Shown here one piece after another: positions 15,001 through 30,000 of a DNA stretch of 64,000 nt (position 1 is the stretch's first letter; the number at the start of each line of letters is the position of its first letter). The position numbers were made by a program, and so were the translations under genes. The DNA is from Balanoglossus misakiensis (Eukaryota > Animalia > Hemichordata): the NCBI GenBank assembly GCA_040954595.2, contig CM082596.2:4794181-4858180 (forward strand). Direction: 5' to 3'. The notes under the pieces were generated by a model that saw only the letters and a list, made by a program, of their open reading frames with translations, was not told the DNA's origin and made no database searches.

Positions 15001-18000
15001 TTAGAAAACAACGGATTTGCACCAAACCATGGTGGTGAAACGGTCAAACGCAAAACCCCTTACCACTTGTACGTCGGACCCGTTCAAGAAGCTCCTGTAG
15101 ATCTTCCCGGACGTGACCTCGCTGAAATAGACCCTCTCTTCCCGCGCATCAAAGTCCGTGCCCAGGATGGACGTGTAACCGGTGACCACCTCACTGCTGG
15201 CAGCGTTCCGGAGGTCGTGTTTGATGAGGTTGTGGGTGTTGGCAATCACCAAATAAGCGGGAGATTGATCTGAAGTGAACAACACAAATTTCTGATCGTT
15301 AGTTTTTTCTCCCTCTTCAACATTGTGTGGAAGACATACCATACATCACGATGGTATATTAGATTGGTCCTTTGATTGAGATAATGTCCATTCAATAATT
15401 TACAGGTAGTATCTGGTATATTGGGATAATTACATGCAAAAAGTCGTCATTTCTTCACATTACAGATTTCAATTTCAAACTCACCGACAACCTTGCATGT
15501 CCGTCCATCAGCTTCCAACTGGTACCCATCGACACACTGACATGTGAATGAATGTTTCTGATTGGTACATATCTGACTGCAAGCCCCTGGCGGTGTGCAT
15601 TCATCTACGTCTGAAGGGGAGAAATGGTTACGAATAGCATTATTAACTATACAGGCATTCAAAAAAATTCTATAAACTTCCATGTGAATTATATAGCTAT
15701 AGAATTCTATAGATATCTGTGGAAGGTTTTTCTAAGCTCAGTGCAACTCAAACTTACCCATGCACATCTTGGGGTCGTCCTCCAGCAAGGCCATGCCCTC
15801 CGGACAGATGCACGTGACTCCGAACGGTGTCTGCATGCAGTCGTGCGAACAGCCTCCGTTGTACACTTCACATCTGTCACTGTCTGCAAGCAATTGAGGA
15901 ATGCAGGAAAAAAAATAGCGTCAAGGACACTGTGCTCACATTTGACCAGAGCTGTTACATTCGAGTGTGACTAGTTCAAATACATAGGTGATGTGAGCAG
16001 AATATATTTGATGGTCTGGTACACTGTACCAATAACTTAGAATGATGATGTAACTTCCTGGAATTTGATGAAGACTACTGTACTGGACAGAGTTCAACAC
16101 AAATATCACAATTTTATACTTTAATGAATTCATATCACTGTTTTCACTTACTGCATAATGGACTTTCATCATGGCCCTGGGGGCAGTCATTCTGACCGTT
16201 GCAGACCATGCTGTCTGGTATACAAATGGCCGTCTCTGGACAGTTCCACTGACCTCTCGGACATTCAAAGGGTGATGTTGCTAGAAGAAATTCCACAAAA
16301 TAATTGCTTTAGCACTACACACATTTTGATCTCAACTTTTTTTGTGAATTAAGAATCTGATGTCTGGAAGATCTATCACTTGAGGGCAATGCTCCCAAAG
16401 AAATAATTCTTACACTCGGAGTCTAAAGTCTGAACAAATGACACTTACGACATGCCCTCTCATCAGAGTTATCACCGCAATCATTTTCACCATCACACAC
16501 CCACTGACTTGGAATACAGGTGCTACCAGCACACTGGAAGTACCCAGGATAACATGTCACAGGCACTGTAAAAAAAAAACACACACACCAGGGTATGAAA
16601 TATCTGGACACAAATAAATTTGCATGAGAAACCAAACCATCAAAATCTCAAAAGACCTCAAGGGCTATAGCTACAAATGGTCCAGAAATGACATTTAACC
16701 TTAATATAGAGAACAGCTGACCAGACAAGCCTGATTTAGACTTACAGCAGTTGCCATGTTCATCACTACTGTCATCACAGTCCACATGTCCATCACACTC
16801 CCAAGCGGCTGGAATGCAGCCTCCACTTGTCCGACACTGAAATTCAGAACTGCTGCACTGCCCTGGTGGTCTTGTGGCTATTAAGAAATCAAAACAAGTA
16901 CATGACTGTACAACATAATACATGTAGCTCAATTTCAAGTATATGGTTACCATGCTACATTTTATCATATCAAAGGTGGAGAAATATTCCACCCTGGATG
17001 GAACACTGACTTACCACATCCAAGTTCATCACTTTGATCCCTACAGTCAAAAGCGCCATCACATTTCCACTGTATTGGGATGCAGTTCTGGGATGTAGTG
17101 CATTGGAATGTATCATTGCCGCACCTAACAGGAGCTGAAAACAAAATCGTGTCATTAGCACACAAATTACATGACATCGCAACATTATCAAAGAGTCAAA
17201 CACTACTCAATTACTCATCCCATACACACACATGTGCGTGCATACATGTATATGCACATGCACATACATACATACAAGAAATACTTCTGAAACTGAACTA
17301 AAATCTGATAAGATATGAACTAAATTGATTAATCACAACAGACATATTCATCAGTCAAACACAGCACTGTCACACACACACATACCAGTATGCACACATA
17401 CATGTACCGTACACACACACATGATACACACAATGCAAATCACATACAAGAAATGCATCAGAAACTGAAACCGGTAAGAAACGAATAAAATTGATTAACT
17501 TACGACAATCACGTTCATCGCTACCATCCGGACAATTAGTGTTACCATCACAGACCCAGTGATTAGGAATGCATTTCATCACTGTTTCACACGGAAAGTA
17601 GATGGACGAACAGGTATGCTCCTCTGTGAAGAAACCAATTCACAAACAGGTCAGAGTGACACAAGTAATATACCGCCTGCACAGCACGTTATACGCACAC
17701 GCCCACTTTCGTGGAAATCCAACCTTAAGTAAATACAGGGCAGGTTTAACTGTAGTGGGAAGTGTGAATTAATTTTTACACTGTGTGACTTACCACAGTC
17801 TCTTTCATCAGATCCATCCCCACAATCATTATCTGTATCACACTTCCACCTGTCTGGAATACATTTCCCATTCTCACACTGGAACTCAGCTGAAGTACAG
17901 CTTCTAACTGTAAAGAAGAAATTCATCCAATGTTAACTGCTCCAGTTACAGGCATTGCATCTGATTCTCCTGCACCAATGTCGTTAATTCCCTATGAATC

Positions 18001-20910
18001 ATATATACCAATATACTGATTCAGAAGCAACTTCCTAAGCTAAACTCTACTGTTTTACCTGCTGTTTCCCAATCTGGAGTGGCATGATGAAATTGGAGAT
18101 AATTACACAGCAGGGTGGCCTGTCTGGAAACATTATGAGCGACTGACTGACTCAATCACTCACTCACTGACTCATTCACTCAATCTTTGCTACATGCCAG
18201 TTCATGATGACTGAACTGCTGAATCCTGACACAGTGGGGATGCCACGAGGACATCGACCCATCACACAATCTCACACAATTACTGTTACTGCTGTTCATT
18301 GACGAAATAAAAACAGTAACTGACCACATCTCTGTTCGTCTGAGTTGTCGCCACAGTCATCGTCTTCATCACAAACAAAGGAGTTCTGAATACATTTGTT
18401 GTTATCACACGTGAAGGCAAATGGGGAACAGGGGTACTCTGTGAATTAAAAAAAAAGAATGAGAGTTAATAGAAAACAATTCATTGTCAATGAAATAGTC
18501 TCCTGGTTCAATTTTTTTTACTATGGGTGGGAAAGTCATAGTTGGAGAAATCAATGCAGTCAGAGAAAATTTGTATCAAAATGGCCGCCCAGCTGCCACA
18601 TTGGAACATATCACAATACAAACTGGCAGCCTATCCTTGATCAGTGCTCAAGCATCTATCAATGTCCGACTTACCAGAGCCACAGCCTTCCTCATCACTG
18701 TTGTCAAGGCAATCATCCTCACCATCGCACTGCCAGGGTGGGTGTATGCATCTGCCGTTTTGGCACTCGAATAGGTTGTCTCCGCAACCACTTATTGGCA
18801 CTTCATCAGGGTTGTCAATGCAAGTCTGAAATTTATGAATGAGTACCAGTGTGATATAATGCAGAAAAAAGTGCCATACATCCATAATCTACTGATATAA
18901 GCTGGCACAAATTCTATTGAAGCATTCTTGATTCATGAAATGAAAGTCTTGTATAAATTTGACTGACTGACTGGCTAGCTGCCTTCTATTTTAACTTAAA
19001 GCCCATTGGCATTAGCTTTTGGGGGATATACTAAATTTCCCTGAGTCAGATCTTTTTCTGTGTTACATATCTGACAAAGGCAACTATACCGGTACATGTA
19101 TATACATGTACTACATACCCTTTGATTGCTGGTGTCAATCTTCATGCCAAACGGGCAACCACAGTGTCGGCCTTCAGGAACAGCAAAACAAAAATGGCTG
19201 CAGTCACCATTTTGCTGATTCCGAGAACAGTCATTGATTCCTGTAAAAAGAAAAGGCAAAATCTGGAATATATATGAACAGCAATGAACTACATTTTCTG
19301 TGTTTCTTTATACAAGAGATTAGCTTTATTCTTCTGAAGAATTTTGTTAAGGGTCTTGGCTGCGGTGTTTGAAATGTGATTCAACAGAGACAGATAAGGA
19401 TTTATAAATATAGCTACTAGTACATGTATATTCAAGTTGGATCATAACATAAAAGTGAAATGTACTGTGTGTCAAATAGAAATACAACCCCCCTCTTCTA
19501 ATAACAATACCACTGTCATCTATACAGTCCATACCTGTTTGTGTGTCCACATCATAAACTTTGACGTCCATAGGGGTGTTTAGATCAGATCGGATGGTGA
19601 CTTTCTGGCTGCCGTCTTTCTTGACTCGCTGGATATTCTTCAAAGTGGTGTCAGTGAAATACAGGAACTCTGTAGACAGTTGTAATATGCATTAGGAACC
19701 ACATTGTGACATTGTATTTGTGTTCAGGGGGACGACCTTAGGACTGTGGGTACATCAGGGTTTAAACGTGGGCTAAAATAAAAGGGTTTGATGTCATGGA
19801 CGGCCATAAACTTCAAGCTAAGAGAGATTTTCTCCCTCCACAAGACTCAGATTTCTATTTACCTCCATGGACGGCCAAACCACGTGGCTGGAAGACATTT
19901 CTGATATTCAAATTCTGCCGGTCACCGCCATCAAAATTACATGATTCCAGTTTATCAAGCTGAAATGGAAAAAAACAAAGGTTCAATCTTTCTTTTTCTT
20001 TCTGTTCTGTTTATTTCAGTCTGTGTCTGTGTCTGTGTATTTATCTGTCTGTCGGTGTGTCTCTGTCTCTCGGTCTTTGTCTATTCCTCTGTTCCAGATC
20101 GTCTCTCTCATGGTTTCCTCCTCTTTGTGTGTCTCTAGCTACTAGTATGTCTCTGCCGGCCCCTTCTTCTTTCTGTCAATGTCTGTGTGTGTCTGTCTCC
20201 TCTCTCCTTCCCTCTCTCTCTTTGCCTTCCCCCTTTCCCTCCATTGGAAAATATGAATAATACCCCCAGTATAATACACACCAGCGAATCAGTCCAATAC
20301 AGTCTATTTGCCACGTAATCAACACTCAGTCCATATGGCTGTCCGAGTTCCCTGGAGACAATCACAGTCTTATTGGAACCATCTCCGTATGTTCTGAAAA
20401 TGGATGCTGGTCTGTTCCATTCACTAACAAACAAAAACCTACCAAAAAACGATTGGGACAATAATTAATTATAATCTTTGAGCACATGTACATGAGATGA
20501 AAATGCTATTTTTTTCAGGAGTCATATATGGTATTGATTTCTAAGTTGATGCATACCATCACAAGAAGCGATACCTAAAATACTAAGTATATTGGAGAAT
20601 TAATTACATGGAATCATGGACAATGTGAACACTCACCCTTTGAGGGGATTGACCACAACACTGCGCGGCTGCCTCAGATCCTGATGAAGCACTCGCATTG
20701 TGGAGACACTCGACAGCTTGACCGCCGTCAGTGTGGTCAGGGCAGAGTCCACGTAGTAGAGATTTTGTCCCAGCCAGTCCACAGAGAGACTGGACACACT
20801 GATGATGTTGCTCACGATGAAATTCTCAAAACCTATGGAGAGAAGATGAAAACAATATTGTCCACTGAAAAAAAGGTTTCAATAATATGTACGACGCTGT
20901 AAAGCATCAT

Positions 20911-20969
<59 letters not shown>

Positions 20970-20982
20970 CCATCACCATCAC

Positions 20983-21024
<42 letters not shown>

Positions 21025-24000
21025 CATCCTCATCATCATCACCATCATCAATAACACCATCATCATCTTCATCATCCTATCTGCCCACCCACCTGTCCCA
21101 TTGGTCATGACCCGGGATATAGTCCGGTGGTTGGAATCCGACAGGTAAATGAATCCACCCTGTGCGTCGTAATCCACTCCCACGTAGCTTGCCTGAGATT
21201 CCGCCACCGGTAAAATGGCATCGCTGGTTCTGCTCGGTTCCAGTGGGATGCCTCGGATGGCGTGCGGTTGTGTGAACAACAGGAATGACGTTATCTCTGT
21301 GGGAGCATAAGTGAGAAATCTTTGACATGTACAATGACACCATCCATCCTCAAATTCTCTTTCCCTCCCTCCCTCCTTCCCTTTCTCTCCCTCTCATCCC
21401 TCCCCATCTCTCTCCCCTCAACAAAACTCACCAGAGCAAGTCGATCCATCAGTATTCAGTTGGTATCCAATCTGACACAGACATCGATAACCAAGCCCTC
21501 TGTTGTCCGTCCTGTGGCTGATAACACAGATATGTTCGCAGCCTCCGTTGTCATTACCACAAGGGTTGGCCACTAGATAACAAAAGAAATAACAAAATTG
21601 TTTTCTATGGTTAGGTAGGACCTCTAAAGAGGGAACTGGGGGTGAAAGGGTTAAATCCGCAAAACCTGAAAATAGTCGCAGCTGAATACTTGGGATTTGA
21701 ACAGATGCACGATCAGTAACTAATATTAGGGAACATACAAGTAATGTTTTAGTCACATTTTCACATACCTGTCGGTTGAGCAGCTCGGTGATAGGCCACC
21801 ACACCCATCATCTTGAGGTCGCTGTTCTGTGAAATTACGGTGTCATGTTCATTGAATTTGTCCACTCTGACCAGAGCCATTCTGGTCCAATCCGTGAAGT
21901 ACACATAGTTTTCAAAGACGGTCAGCGAAAATGCATGGGGTATCTTCAGTCCACCTGACACAACTGTACGTCTGCAAAAGAGCAAAGTGGATAGGGTTGG
22001 TCATTTGGTATAGTAAAACTGTCTTACAGCAGTGCATGATCAACTGAGTGTAAATACCATGGCAGTCAACTGTGATACACTAACTGGCCATAACAACAAA
22101 TTTTTGTACATAATGCAGGTATACGCAGTTAGGGTAATTAGTACACAGATTATTTACTTTTGAACTGCATGAGTTGGCAATTGATCAGATATTGTGGCAG
22201 GATTGCACAGCTCAGCAAACATAACCTTAGGCTTTAGTAACCTGCGTTGAAAACACATCTGCTACAGCTTACCTGTATTGGCCAGTATAAGTGACACTGT
22301 CAATGTAATCTAATCGGCCATCCGCCCAGAAGACCCTCTTCGAAGCAATGTCGACCGCAAGTGCATTTGGCCAGACGATTCTATCACTAACCAGCTGGAA
22401 CCGACTGGTCCCATCCATGTAAAATCTTATGATGGCTGGGCTGCTGCCCCAATCACTTAGGAACAGATAACTGGATTGAATGAAGAAAAACAGAAAAATG
22501 CACATTATTTAGTTTGCATCATATCGATGTGTTTTTAATTCTCATTGTATGCAATTAGATCTGGCTAGCAGCATCAGGCTAGAGAACGTAACTTCTATAC
22601 ATTATATTGCAAGCTCAACTTTCCCTTTGAGCAAATGAAACTTTTCTTTGTCCCACACTAATAAGTCATTACCAGTTTAACAGCTGGGAAAAACTTTCAA
22701 TTAGCATATCTCAGAAAATTTTGTGTGTGACCATATTCAAAGAAGCCTTGATTTATATAGCTATTTATATTTGCATATCTTTCAGTGTCTTCAAAGTCCA
22801 ATCTACAGATTAACAACTTTTTTTCTGTGAAATCACTATTCATGGGGTGAATAAGAATATCCTTACCCTTCTGTTGGGTCTAATGCTATACCTCTGGGCT
22901 GCCCGAGTCCCTCTGAGATCACAGGCGCCCTCAACGAGCCATCCAGATTACACACATCAACTCGGCCAGCATGGCTCTCCACAACATACAGTTTATCCCC
23001 TATCCAATCAACTGCTACATTCTCGGGAGTTTCCAGGCCAAGCTCCAGAACAACCTGAACATCGGAACCATCCATGTTTGCTGAATAAACCTGATAGAAA
23101 AGAAACACAAAGAATACAAAATTAATATTGAACATTTAGTTTCGTCTTATTCTGGTCTGTTCGATGTTCTTGAGCAAACTTTTGCGTAAAAAGTCATTAA
23201 TAACTCACTTTGTCATTCCTGTTGTCGGTCCAGTAGAGTTTCTGGTTTGCATAGTGGTAATTCACTCCAACTGCAACTATTGTTGATACTATCATTTCTG
23301 TACTGGTCCCATTCCCATTGGTACTCACGATGGCATTATTTAATGAGTAGAGCAACTTGACTTGATCTCCTGTCATTAGGTAAAAAAAAGTACAATGCAG
23401 TATCATGTGAGATGGTGAATTTACAAATGTACTACTCACTGGGAAAAATAGCGCCATCAGCACTGTAGCTCCCGTTAGTTACATATGGCAGCACATATAT
23501 CACAAAAGGGACGAGTATAGTCGAAATATTAAATTGGACTAAATATTGAATTGGATGTTCCTGTTAGTGTTAGTAAAGTACATATGGAGTTATGGAATAT
23601 TTCAAGTTAAAGGAAATGTTTTGACTGCAAGCCATCTTACCTGTTGCCTTACACTTTCTACGGTTCTCCAGCAGGAAGCCATCACCGCAACTGCATTCGT
23701 ACGTCCCGGGTAAATTCTGACACTGCTGTTCACATGAACCCCACACAGCACACTCATCATAATCTGCCACAACAAAATATATTTAACTTTAGAGTTTGGT
23801 CATATTATGCTATGAACACATGCATCACCTTGGACCATGTACAGGAGCAAACAGGTAAAATGTTTTAAATGGTAAATATGCTTTCATAACTTCAAGACAC
23901 TGCATTCCATTTTCAAAACATGTTGTACTTGCAGAGTTACCGTATTTACATTACATTCAGGAGCTGAGTTTTAATAATCCATAGCGGTTCAACATAATTG

Positions 24001-27000
24001 TCAGATGCATTTCACAATTACCGGAACAGGTCCTGTCATCTGCATTGAGTGCATAGCCAGGATCACAGTAGCAGACACCACCAGAGGGGGAACTGTGACA
24101 CTCATATTCACAACTCAACACACCACATCTGTCCGTGTCTGAAACGTACCAATTGAACAAAATTTGTTGTTAGAGTGTGTTTGCAGTTTGGTAACTAAAC
24201 AACGAAGCTGGATACACAAACAGACCTAATTCAGTCCTTTGATGTTGCATTAAATATCCTGGACCATTTCTGGGTAAAAAAAGTCGCGGAAAAAGGGAAA
24301 GAATTTCAAAACAATAGCAAGGGATATAACTATAAGATATCATTGCCACTTACTGCATTCTGCATCTTCGTCTGTCTCATCTTCTCCATTCTCACAGTCC
24401 CGTACTCTGTTGCATAATTTTGTGATCTCAATGCAAGTTCCTGAGGTTGGGCATTTCCACTGCCGGGGCAGACATGTTACTGATACCTGTCCTGTAAACA
24501 TCATGACACACAATGAAAGTTACATAAAGTTAATTTCATTATTTTGATTTCAGTGAAGTCTATATAACCAAACCTCATTACTTAATTGAAAAAAAATGGC
24601 CGTGTAGGTGACTACAAGATATGGCGTATCAGCCTTACCACAGCCTGTTTCATCAGAGCCATCTGTACAGTCATCCTGTCCATCACAAACCCACGGTGGA
24701 GGGATACACATCTGATTGTCACACGTAAACTGGTTACCTGCACAGCTTGAGTATTCTGCACCAAAAAAAGTTCATTCATTCTCATTAAATCTAATCTTAA
24801 ATCTAATTATGACAATACAATATCTTGGTTAAGTGAAGTGATAAAAGAACATTTTGTTCCCACTGGAAATGCATTGTTTGTACATACCACAGTCAAGTTC
24901 ATCTGATCCATCTGTACAGTCCTGCTTGTGGTTGCAGTACAGCGATCTTGGAATACATGAACCATCGCCACAAGTAAACTCGGACAGATTACAATTTGAA
25001 GAGGCTGAAACAAGGATCACATAGGACAGGGATAATGAAATATTTTGGTTAAAAATATAATTGTGGCTGAAAGCTGAAACAACCTTGATCTTTATGAATG
25101 CTTAATTGACATTATACCGTACCTGTACAGTTGAATTCATCAGAGCCATCTCTACAGTCAATGACTCCATCGCAGCGTCTACTTTCAGCCACACAGGAGC
25201 CATCACTGCATCGGATCTCACTTTCACTACATGCAGGATACGCTGAAACCAAAACAAAATTAGATTTAGAAATGGAAATGAACTGTTGATTCGGACTTTG
25301 TGTCTAATCAATTGCATGTCAATCTACTCTAGACCAATCACAAGAACTGTTACTTCGCCACGGGAGACACACGTCCCATTCTGGACCAACCACAGCCACC
25401 CTTACTTACAGCAGCCGGTCTCATCCGACGAATCCCCACAGTCGTTCACATGGTCACACTTCCAAAGAAGCGGAACGCAGACGCCATTGGCACACCGGAA
25501 CTGGGCACTACTGCATGTCACCGGAGCTGGAAAACAGTCGGAAACACAATCCCAGCTATGAACATATTGCAAAAAATATAAACTGGAAACACGGTGTGGG
25601 ATTACCGCACTCAACAAGCAAGCTATCGAATGACAATGCTATATTTCAATATAAGTTTATATATGGAGTGACGTTTCCTTTGAATGAGCTGTGCAAGTGC
25701 TGAGATGCACAATTGTCAGACACAACAGAAAGACATCAAACACATCAAAATACATCATTAAAAGATGCATTAAAATATATGATGTACATCAATACACAAA
25801 GTGGCATGGATTAATTTGACAGTTTCTCCCCTAATCCTGCAACATACATGTCAACTTGTCTTACTTCTAAATGTCAAATAATTCTGTCAGCAAAGTGTGG
25901 CAAAATTTTAATTTCCATGACTTCTATATTATCCAAATGTACGTAAGTCACAAGTCTGAGAGTTTATATAATGTGTAGTGTGTATACATGTATACTCACG
26001 ACAATTTTGACTTTCATCTGAGAGGTCACCGGTGCCACAGTCGAAATCACCATCACACACCCAATCCGTAGAAATACACCTCCTCGAAGTAGTGCACGTA
26101 AATTGGTCACTGCGACAGGTCACGTACGCTGTCAAACGGCACACAACATAATATCAAAGTTCAGATAATTGTATTATGACAAAATTTAAAAATCCAAGTC
26201 TTAAAACCTCTTTCTAGAATTATGCACTAATTGTTTGTAGTACAAGTAAGTGTAATTCTATACAAACTTACTGCATCCTTCTTCATCTGACCAGTCTTCA
26301 CAGTCTCCAGACCTATCACACCTCCAGTCACGTGGAATGCATTGACCATTTTCACATCGAAATTCATCACTGGCGCATGCTGAAAAAATATTAAAAAAAG
26401 AAGAGTAGTACCACAAATACATGTATAATGCTTGTGCTTGGCCTCAATAGACAAATCTCAAGGTCAACAAACACTGCAAAAATTCCATCAACAGTAAATT
26501 GATATTCTGAGCCAAAATTATATCCATGTGTACCCTATGGAATCCCGAATGGCTTACAGAGTCTGTGGCATACTAAAAGCACAAATGTAGAATGCGGTCA
26601 TGAATTTTGAAGAGAAAAAATTGTCACAACACCATGTATTAAGGGTCGGTCCTGTACAGGCCCTAACTACATCTTATTTTAATCAGACTGAATACAGGTT
26701 GACTACTATTCAGTAACAAGTGATGTGTCTGCAGTCGGCAGACAGACAGTGACGTGAGGTGAATAATGGTGACCAGAGGTGAATGCATGTCTGCATGCTT
26801 TAGACGGGGCTCTGCATCCAGAACAAGAATGCAAACACATCGGCTTAACATACACTGACCTCACTATTGTGGACGTCAATTGGTAGAGAACCATAGAGGC
26901 CATTGTGAGGAAAATGTTGTGATGTAATACATTTCTGTCAACAGGTACGGGTCGATTTATCTCTAGTCATATGTGCAAAAACTGGCTGAACTCACTGGTG

Positions 27001-30000
27001 CAATGTATATGTTCAGTAAGTAGAACAAAGTAAATAGCCTATCAGAAGGACTGAAATAACCAAAATAATGAGTAAAGTTTGTGCATCTAAAAGGGAATGA
27101 CAAACTTGGATGAATTCACAACCTCAGCCTTAAGCCTCAGTCAAAGCACCATTCCATTAAATCCAAGACAAAACAGCAGACAATGGACGGACAAAACAAA
27201 CACTGGCAGCTGATCTTCAACTCTGTAGACAATACAACAAATAATCTCAAGTGTTTTATCACATGTACAAGTCATTACCCTCAACAGTTTTTTTGTTATA
27301 CTATTTTTTTGCTATGTGTGTGAAGCATAGTGAAAAAACACGAGTCTGGATTGTAGACTACTCAAAATCCAGTAGCATTTTCAAAGTGTTCTTTATGGTA
27401 GTCATCTATTAAATGTGTATAGTGTTTCCAAACATGGACCAATTTTCGACACTGATGCAGGATGTATGAAGAGCTTGTCTGAATGTTTTGAATGCCTGTC
27501 TCAGAAAACTATTGAATGTGCAAGAATAAAAAGAATCTGACACACACAATGAAATATTTCAGATATCTGATGCTTCCCTATGCACTCATTCAAACCTTGA
27601 AACCTGAAAGGAAAACTCCTCTTTAAATTCAGTGTGGCCTGGGAATCAGAATAGATATCCTGTCACCAGAGAATATGAAACTATCGCACCCTGGTGTTCA
27701 GTTTTCTCATCAAACCTTGTGATTTAAGTTGTACATAGAAAGTCCAGTGACACCGTATTTAATCTTTAGTGCCAGTCACGTCATATGTATATCTTTTACT
27801 TGTGCATTCATGATCTGTACATCTGTCTGCTTTTCATCTACGAGGTCCGTAAAGATCCAAATTCAGAACAAACCCAGTGAAAGTTAATTTACTCAACATG
27901 GGCATGCCAGAAATGGCCCCAGCATGGAACGCCAGCAGGAATGAGTTAATCTGATAGCCTGAACTATTAACACTTGTTATCAATAGCAGTGGTGCCATAT
28001 ACACGGTGTATTAACCTGCATCTGCCCTGCAGGCAAACCCCAGGATACACTGCTCCCTCGGGGGTCAGAGGTCATGAGAACACCCCGCCGACACTTGTAC
28101 TAAATCAGATGACCGCAATCTTCAGGAGAAAATGACTATTACTGTGTGTGTTGCCTGATATACAATATTGTTGCACATATTCAAACCTACACTCTTCTCT
28201 TCATCATAATGCACAGTAGCATACACATCGTACAATTTAAAAATTTCTTCAATTAGCTCAATTTGTATCTGGGAGAAGTTGATATACAGTACTAGAACTA
28301 CAGTATACAGACTATACAATTGACCATTGACAACATACAAACCCTTGACATGCAAACAAAAGCCGATAGCCAGTTGGAGTGAATTAATTAATATATAACC
28401 TGTTTCAACAAAACCCTGTCTGCAGTGGAAATCTGTCTACGGTGAACATCTTTCCCTCGGAATATACATGTATGAAACGTACATGTACCACACTCAGAGG
28501 AACCTCCATTTAATCAAATACTTCGGCAAATTGAACCTTTTCCATATCAGGTTTAGACAGGTTTTACTGTATCTCGCTCCGGGATGCCTAATACATCAAT
28601 GATTGTCAGCCACGAGACACGTACATGTTCTGCAATGCAATATTCTGGCTGTGACATTCTGTATAACATCACTCAGGCTACAGTCACTGTAATCAATTAG
28701 AACCCATTCTGATCTAAAATAGCAAACAGACATGCACGGTGCTTACTCACTCAAATCTTATCAAATGAGAGCTTTATGTCAACATTGGCATGAAAAATAT
28801 TCTGTCTAGAAATTTGAAGCCTGAAGCTTCGAGTAATATGGTCTGGGCAGTCTGTCGTCTCAAAATATACCATTCAGTATTTCAAATATGTCTCTTGAAC
28901 ACCACAGCGTACATGTGTATGTCTATAACCCCTTGCTACTTTGTGAAGTTTGGATATTTGAGAAATATCAATAGCCAGCATGTCACACAGTGTAATTTAC
29001 ATGTACAGTACTGGAGTTGAAATCTACAATTATACATATACAATAAAATTAATTATATTCAATTTATAAAAAGTGTGGCACAGAAGATAGAAACATTAGA
29101 ATTTAGACCTTTCTCATGAACCCAGAGTTTCACTATAATGGATGCTGAAATGTAATTCTCAGCTTAATCAAATGCAACTGTGAGAAAGGGAAGAAATACT
29201 TTCAATTTAGGTTTCACAACTGTAAATTTAATTGCATGGGATTTTCTGCCTTCAAGTAGTCATTATAAGTTGGCTAGTGCCCCACTGAAACAGCTTGCCT
29301 TCACTGTTCCCATGGTTACCACGATGCTATATTTATGCCGTCTATAAAGAGACTGTAAAGTGACTTTTTTCATTCCACATATCTGAGCATGCATGTAAAA
29401 TATGTGCAGTTCGCTACAGAGGGGACAGCTGGATCGGTTTTGACCTCAATGAAACGCGGACATCGTTCAAAGAGGGACAAATTATTCCAGTGTGTACACA
29501 TGTAAACTACCACTAAGTACACACCAGTCTGTCATATATACATGTACTGGGGTAGTGTACATTGTAATCTATGTTACAATGTCAGCCCATCTGTGGAACT
29601 GTACCACAGTAGTAACACATGTATTGACATATGTTTAGAGCTCCATTAGATGTAACTTTTTAGCCATGTTATTGCATCAATATTTTCGTTCTGTGTATCA
29701 GCTGGTGTATATTATGTTCAACTCCACAATGTACGTAGGATGATATGTCTGGTGTTTAGCTTACAACGCAGCCCATATGTGCACAGTCAGCGTTTACTGT
29801 TGAAAATTGAATTATACAGCCCTGATGTTGCATTATGTTCAATTACATGTACATTACATTGCATTGCATTGCATCACAATGTTTTCATAGTGATTCAGTC
29901 AATGAAAACCATTAACAAATGGGTATATTAAAATCAATAAACACATTACTGTTACAATTAGGTGTATGATTGGTTATACAAATGAAGTCAATATGGAGAT

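Noticed and set aside
20833-21091. Poly-methionine tract in the ORF track
   Set aside because: Read-through of an LRP2 exon past its donor into the intronic (GAT)n microsatellite
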